NCBI GenBank assembly: GCA_963734095.1
Contig: CAVTGK010000019.1
Coordinates: 11,213 to 75,212, forward strand
DNA: 64,000 nucleotides
Source of the DNA: an uncultured Acidobacteriota bacterium
GTDB lineage: Bacteria > Acidobacteriota > Vicinamibacteria > Vicinamibacterales > UBA2999
Reading direction: 5' to 3'
Shown here: positions 60,726-64,000 of the stretch, in pieces
Numbering within the stretch: the first letter of the stretch is position 1
How the letters are laid out: the number at the start of each line of letters is the position of its first letter
Position numbers and translations under genes: made by a program
The notes under the pieces: generated by a model
What the model saw: the letters and a program-made list of their open reading frames with translations, nothing else
The model's database searches: none
What the model was told of the DNA's origin: nothing

Positions 60726-62143
60726 CACGACACCTGCTGCGGCGGGCGCATCAGCTCCACCAGGGCCTTCTCGATCGGGAAGGCGTACCAATCGCGATCG
60801 CACCGCCAGCGCGATGCCGCCCGCAGCGGCCAGCGCCACACACCCGGCTGCCAGACATGTCGCGCGTAGAACTTGAACCGCTCGACGTTGCGCCATCGCT
60901 CAGCGGAGATCCACGGACCACGGCCCGCGACATAGTCGAAGTTCGCCCACGCTTCCAAACCACGCGGGAACTCGTAACCAGATGCACGCGCTGCGTCGGC
61001 AATCGGGTTGCCGGGATAGGGACGGTAGTAGAAGATGGGGGTTTCGAAGCGCGGGTGCATCCGCCGCAGTCGTTTCGCGAGCGCCAGGGTCTGATCCACG
61101 CTCTCTTCCGGCTCCCCGGGGAATCCAACGATGAAGTTGAAGATGGCGCTGACGTCGTGATCCGCACACATCTGAGCGGCGATCATGACCTGATCGAGCT
61201 GCAGGTCCTTCTTCAGTCGATCGAGCGTCGCCTGCGAGCCGGACTCGACGCCGACCATCACCCGTGTCAACCCCGCTCTCACACACTTCTGGAACAGCGG
61301 CGCTCCCATCCGACAGGCCTGGTCGGCCCTGAGCGTGGCTGTCCACGCAATCCCCAGGCTTCGACGTAAGAACTCGTCGGCCAGACGGTCGATTCGGGCC
61401 GCGTGCGTAAAGAAGGTCTCGTCCTGAAACGCGATCTCCTGAACGTTGTACTGACGATCGAGCGAAGCCACTTCGTCGGCGATGCGTTCGGGAAAGAGTC
61501 CCGTCCACCCGCGCGCGTACACCGCAGGGTCGGCGCAGAACGCACAACGAAAACGGCACCCTTGGGACGAAATGTAATCGACCTGGCGCTTGCCCTTGAG
61601 CGCGAAATACCGTTCGACCTCGATGAGTGAGTAATCGTGGGAGGGGAGGTCGTTGAGGTCACGCAGTGTGCGGGGTGGACCGCTGATGATCTCGCGACCA
61701 GCGCGCACGAGGGTACCCGGGCACCCCGCGACCGACTCGTTTCTCAACCGCCGCTCGACGAGCTCGCGCAGTGTTTCCTCGCCCTGGCCCAGCACCGCCA
61801 CGTCAATCGCTTCGTCCTCCAGGCATTCGCCGGCAAACAGCGACGGATGCCAACCGCCCCACACCACCGGACAGTCCGGGTGGGTCGCTTTGACCGCGCG
61901 AGAGACGGCCAGGGCATCTCGAATCGGTGCGCCGGTCAGAACACTGACGCCGACCAGCAACGCGCCCTCGCTCGCCTCGACCACTCTCTTGATGGGATCG
62001 GATTCGAGCCGACCATCGATGATCACCACGTCGACATCCGTCCGACGCAGCGCCGACGCGAGCGCAACGAGCGCGAGCGGCATCGTGTAGAACACCGCTC
62101 GTGGGTTGTACAGCACGACTCGCCGGCGACCGTCGGCTCTCAT
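60725..62143 (-). CDS. B12-binding-domain radical SAM protein (class B), paralog type 2 (B)
   Basis: ATG at 62143 (MRADGRRRVVLYNPRAVFYTMPLALVALASALRRTDVDVVIIDG). SSQGCRFRCAFC and MVGVESGSQATLD. The rest of ORF 60725..62728 upstream of this ATG is R/A-rich and overlaps the preceding gene. Confidence 0.8.
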   Translation of the reverse strand: MRADGRRRVVLYNPRAVFYTMPLALVALASALRRTDVDVVIIDGRLESDPIKRVVEASEGALLVGVSVLTGAPIRDALAVSRAVKATHPDCPVVWGGWHPSLFAGECLEDEAIDVAVLGQGEETLRELVERRLRNESVAGCPGTLVRAGREIISGPPRTLRDLNDLPSHDYSLIEVERYFALKGKRQVDYISSQGCRFRCAFCADPAVYARGWTGLFPERIADEVASLDRQYNVQEIAFQDETFFTHAARIDRLADEFLRRSLGIAWTATLRADQACRMGAPLFQKCVRAGLTRVMVGVESGSQATLDRLKKDLQLDQVMIAAQMCADHDVSAIFNFIVGFPGEPEESVDQTLALAKRLRRMHPRFETPIFYYRPYPGNPIADAARASGYEFPRGLEAWANFDYVAGRGPWISAERWRNVERFKFYARHVWQPGVWRWPLRAASRWRCDRDWYAFPIEKALVELMRPPQQVS

Positions 62144-63643
62144 GAGACGCTGCGTCCGTTGGACATCGGGGTCAGTTGCGGCGTGCTGACGCGCGCCAGT
62201 CGCTGCAGCCGTCGGCGAGCGAACGGCAACGCCGCGCGGTTGTAGGCCCAGGAGGCGACCTGACGCAGGTCGGACGCGCGGGCGATCGACGGCCGGGCGG
62301 CGAGCGACCGCAGGCGGCGTGCAACGTGTCTCGCGCGAAACTCGTAGTGCACCACGTGGTGCAGCGCGCGATAGAACGGTGGTGCGTAGGTCGCCCGATA
62401 CATCATGGCGAGATCGTCGGAGTCGAACCAGTTCTGTTTCTCGCCGAGATCGGCCCGGACTCGCTCGTAGAACTTGGTGCCGGGCAGCGGATAGGACACC
62501 GAAACACCGATGTCTTGTGGCCCGATCTCTCGCACGAGACGAAGCGTGGCCTCGACGTCCTCCCACTGCTCGCCGGGGTAACCAAACTGCAAAAAGAGTC
62601 CGACGTCGATGCCACGCTGCTGGAGCGCGGTGGCCGCTTCGCGAATCTGCTCGACCCGGACACCTTTCTCCATCGCATCGAGCACACGCTGCGAGCCCGA
62701 CTCGGCGCCCATCCACACCATGCGGCACCCCCCGGCGACGAGTGCGCGCGCGACATCATGGGTGACCTGGTCCGCTCGCATCAAGCATCGAAACGGCACC
62801 TTGAGGCCGCGTTGCTGCATCAGGTCGGCGAAGCGCTCGACCCAACCGGGCTGCAGCCCGAACACGTCGTCGACCACCGTCAGTTGGTCGGGCGCATAGC
62901 GCTGTTTGAGCCACGCGATCTCGTCCACGACATTGGCGGGGCTGCGCACCGCATAGCGCTGCCCGTAGATCGGCTTTGCGCACCAGTTGCAATGAAACGG
63001 GCAACCACGCGTCGTGGCGAGATTCATGGCGTGATACCCGTGCCGTCGCCGCCACAGCGAGCGGTAGCGCTCGACGTCTATCAGATCCCACGCCGGGATC
63101 GGGAGCTCATCGAGCGCGCGGACGAACGGGCGCGTCGGCGACCGCCGAACCGATGCGTCCTCGTCAAGGAACGCCACACCCGCGACGTCCCCTGGCAATC
63201 CGCCCCGCAAGAGCGTGGCGATCAGCTCAGAGAGCGTGATCTCGCCTTCTCCCAGGACGACCGCAGACGCGCCAGCGCGCAGGTACAACTCGGGTCGATC
63301 GGTCGCATCGGACCCTGACACGATGACCCGGCAGCCTCTCGACAACGCCAGCTCGATCATGCGGAGGGCCGCCTGCCGCATCCGCAGGAGGCACATTTTC
63401 GTCAGGTAGTTGAAGCTGTCCTCGTAGATGACGGCAAATCGCGGGTTGAGCGCGGTCGAGTGCCGCGGCCCACTCCGATTCGTCAGTGGCCAACATCGCA
63501 TCGAAGAAGGCGACCGAGTGTCCGGTCGAGCGAAGACACGATGCGGCGTAGAGCGTGCCAAGCGGCGCGTACGGCTGTTGCGCTTGCCACAGCTTGGCGT
63601 CGAACCGCAGGTAGTACGCTTGCCCGAGAAGAACGTCATGCAT
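62140..63643 (-). CDS. B12-binding-domain radical SAM protein (class B), paralog type 1 (A), one frameshift
   Basis: ATG at 63643 (MHDVLLGQAYYLRFDAKLWQAQQPYAPLGTLYAASCLRSTGHSVAFFD, ORF 63227..63715). A frame change near 63440 leads into ORF 62140..63708 (TTRGCPFHCNWC, WMGAESGSQRVLD). Confidence 0.8.
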
Positions 63644-64000
63644 GAGCCGCGCTCTGTTTCTCGAAATGGAGCAGGACGTGGTCGCCAACGCGATTGAACG
63701 GCGGCCACGGAGCAATCCAGGTATCGAGGCGCGTCACCACACCTCGGACAGACTTGGGCAGCGAGCGCCAGCGCGGCTCCAGGTACGGTGGCGGAACCGC
63801 GACGCCGATGCCTTCGACGGCGGCGAGCGACAAATCAGGGCCCAAGGCGGAGCGCACGTCCGCAATCCGGTGATAGAACGTCGGAACCTCGACACCGGCC
63901 ACCGAAACCGACACGGGACCCTCCACGCGTCGCCGACTGGCCATGTCGGGTCGACGAGTCGCCAGGAAGTAGAGCACTTCGAGCGCGCACGTGCGGGCCA
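63636..64000 (-). CDS. class I SAM-dependent methyltransferase, C-terminal part only (5' end beyond the window)
   Basis: The frame is open to the window edge: ...ARTCALEVLYFLATRRPDMASRRRVEGPVSVSVAGVEVPTFYHRIADVRSAL...GIGVAVPPPYLEP...GDHVLLHFEK. This resembles the tail of a methyltransferase family. Its stop overlaps the next gene's start by 8 nt. Confidence 0.5.
   Translation of the reverse strand, partial: ARTCALEVLYFLATRRPDMASRRRVEGPVSVSVAGVEVPTFYHRIADVRSALGPDLSLAAVEGIGVAVPPPYLEPRWRSLPKSVRGVVTRLDTWIAPWPPFNRVGDHVLLHFEKQSAAHA

Overview
High-GC (roughly two-thirds G+C by eye) bacterial chromosomal segment. The gene content looks like a soil Acidobacteriota-type organism, which is an inference from CarboxypepD_reg/TonB-like outer-membrane proteins, a DUF1800/DUF1501 pair, MacA/ABC/FtsX efflux genes and several DinB genes. 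I can support about 60 protein genes. I saw no rRNA, tRNA or CRISPR. Gene order: GcvT-like fragment and two tandem CrtI-like oxidoreductases (0-3.6 kb); secreted/outer-membrane proteins, GNAT, DUF1800/DUF1501 (3.8-10 kb); a D-threonine-aldolase-like PLP enzyme, an orphan BMC-H shell gene, MerR, PhhB, ThiO (10-14 kb); a TonB-dependent-receptor-like gene and a two-component system (14-20.4 kb); a LOG-family gene disrupted by an IS481-like remnant (20.5-22.1 kb); a full urate-to-ureidoglycolate set (uricase, HIU hydrolase, OHCU decarboxylase, allantoinase, allantoicase) plus an unassigned CitE/HpcH-like enzyme (22.6-28.6 kb); reductive pyrimidine catabolism (PreA-like, NCS1 permease, dihydropyrimidinase, aminotransferase, MmsA) at 30-41 kb; Dps; MarR plus efflux genes; DinB/GNAT/PH-domain genes. 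The most unusual part is 51.8-64 kb. There a minus-strand operon that runs off the window edge (four B12-type radical SAM enzymes, a SPASM radical SAM, two methyltransferases) converges on an ABC exporter and two GT4 glycosyltransferases. Two sequence-level features stand out. About 24 genes need one or more frame changes to read through, and the pattern looks like indel errors rather than decay. Nearly every intergenic gap is filled by short-period (7-8 nt) tandem or palindromic repeat families that recur across the window.
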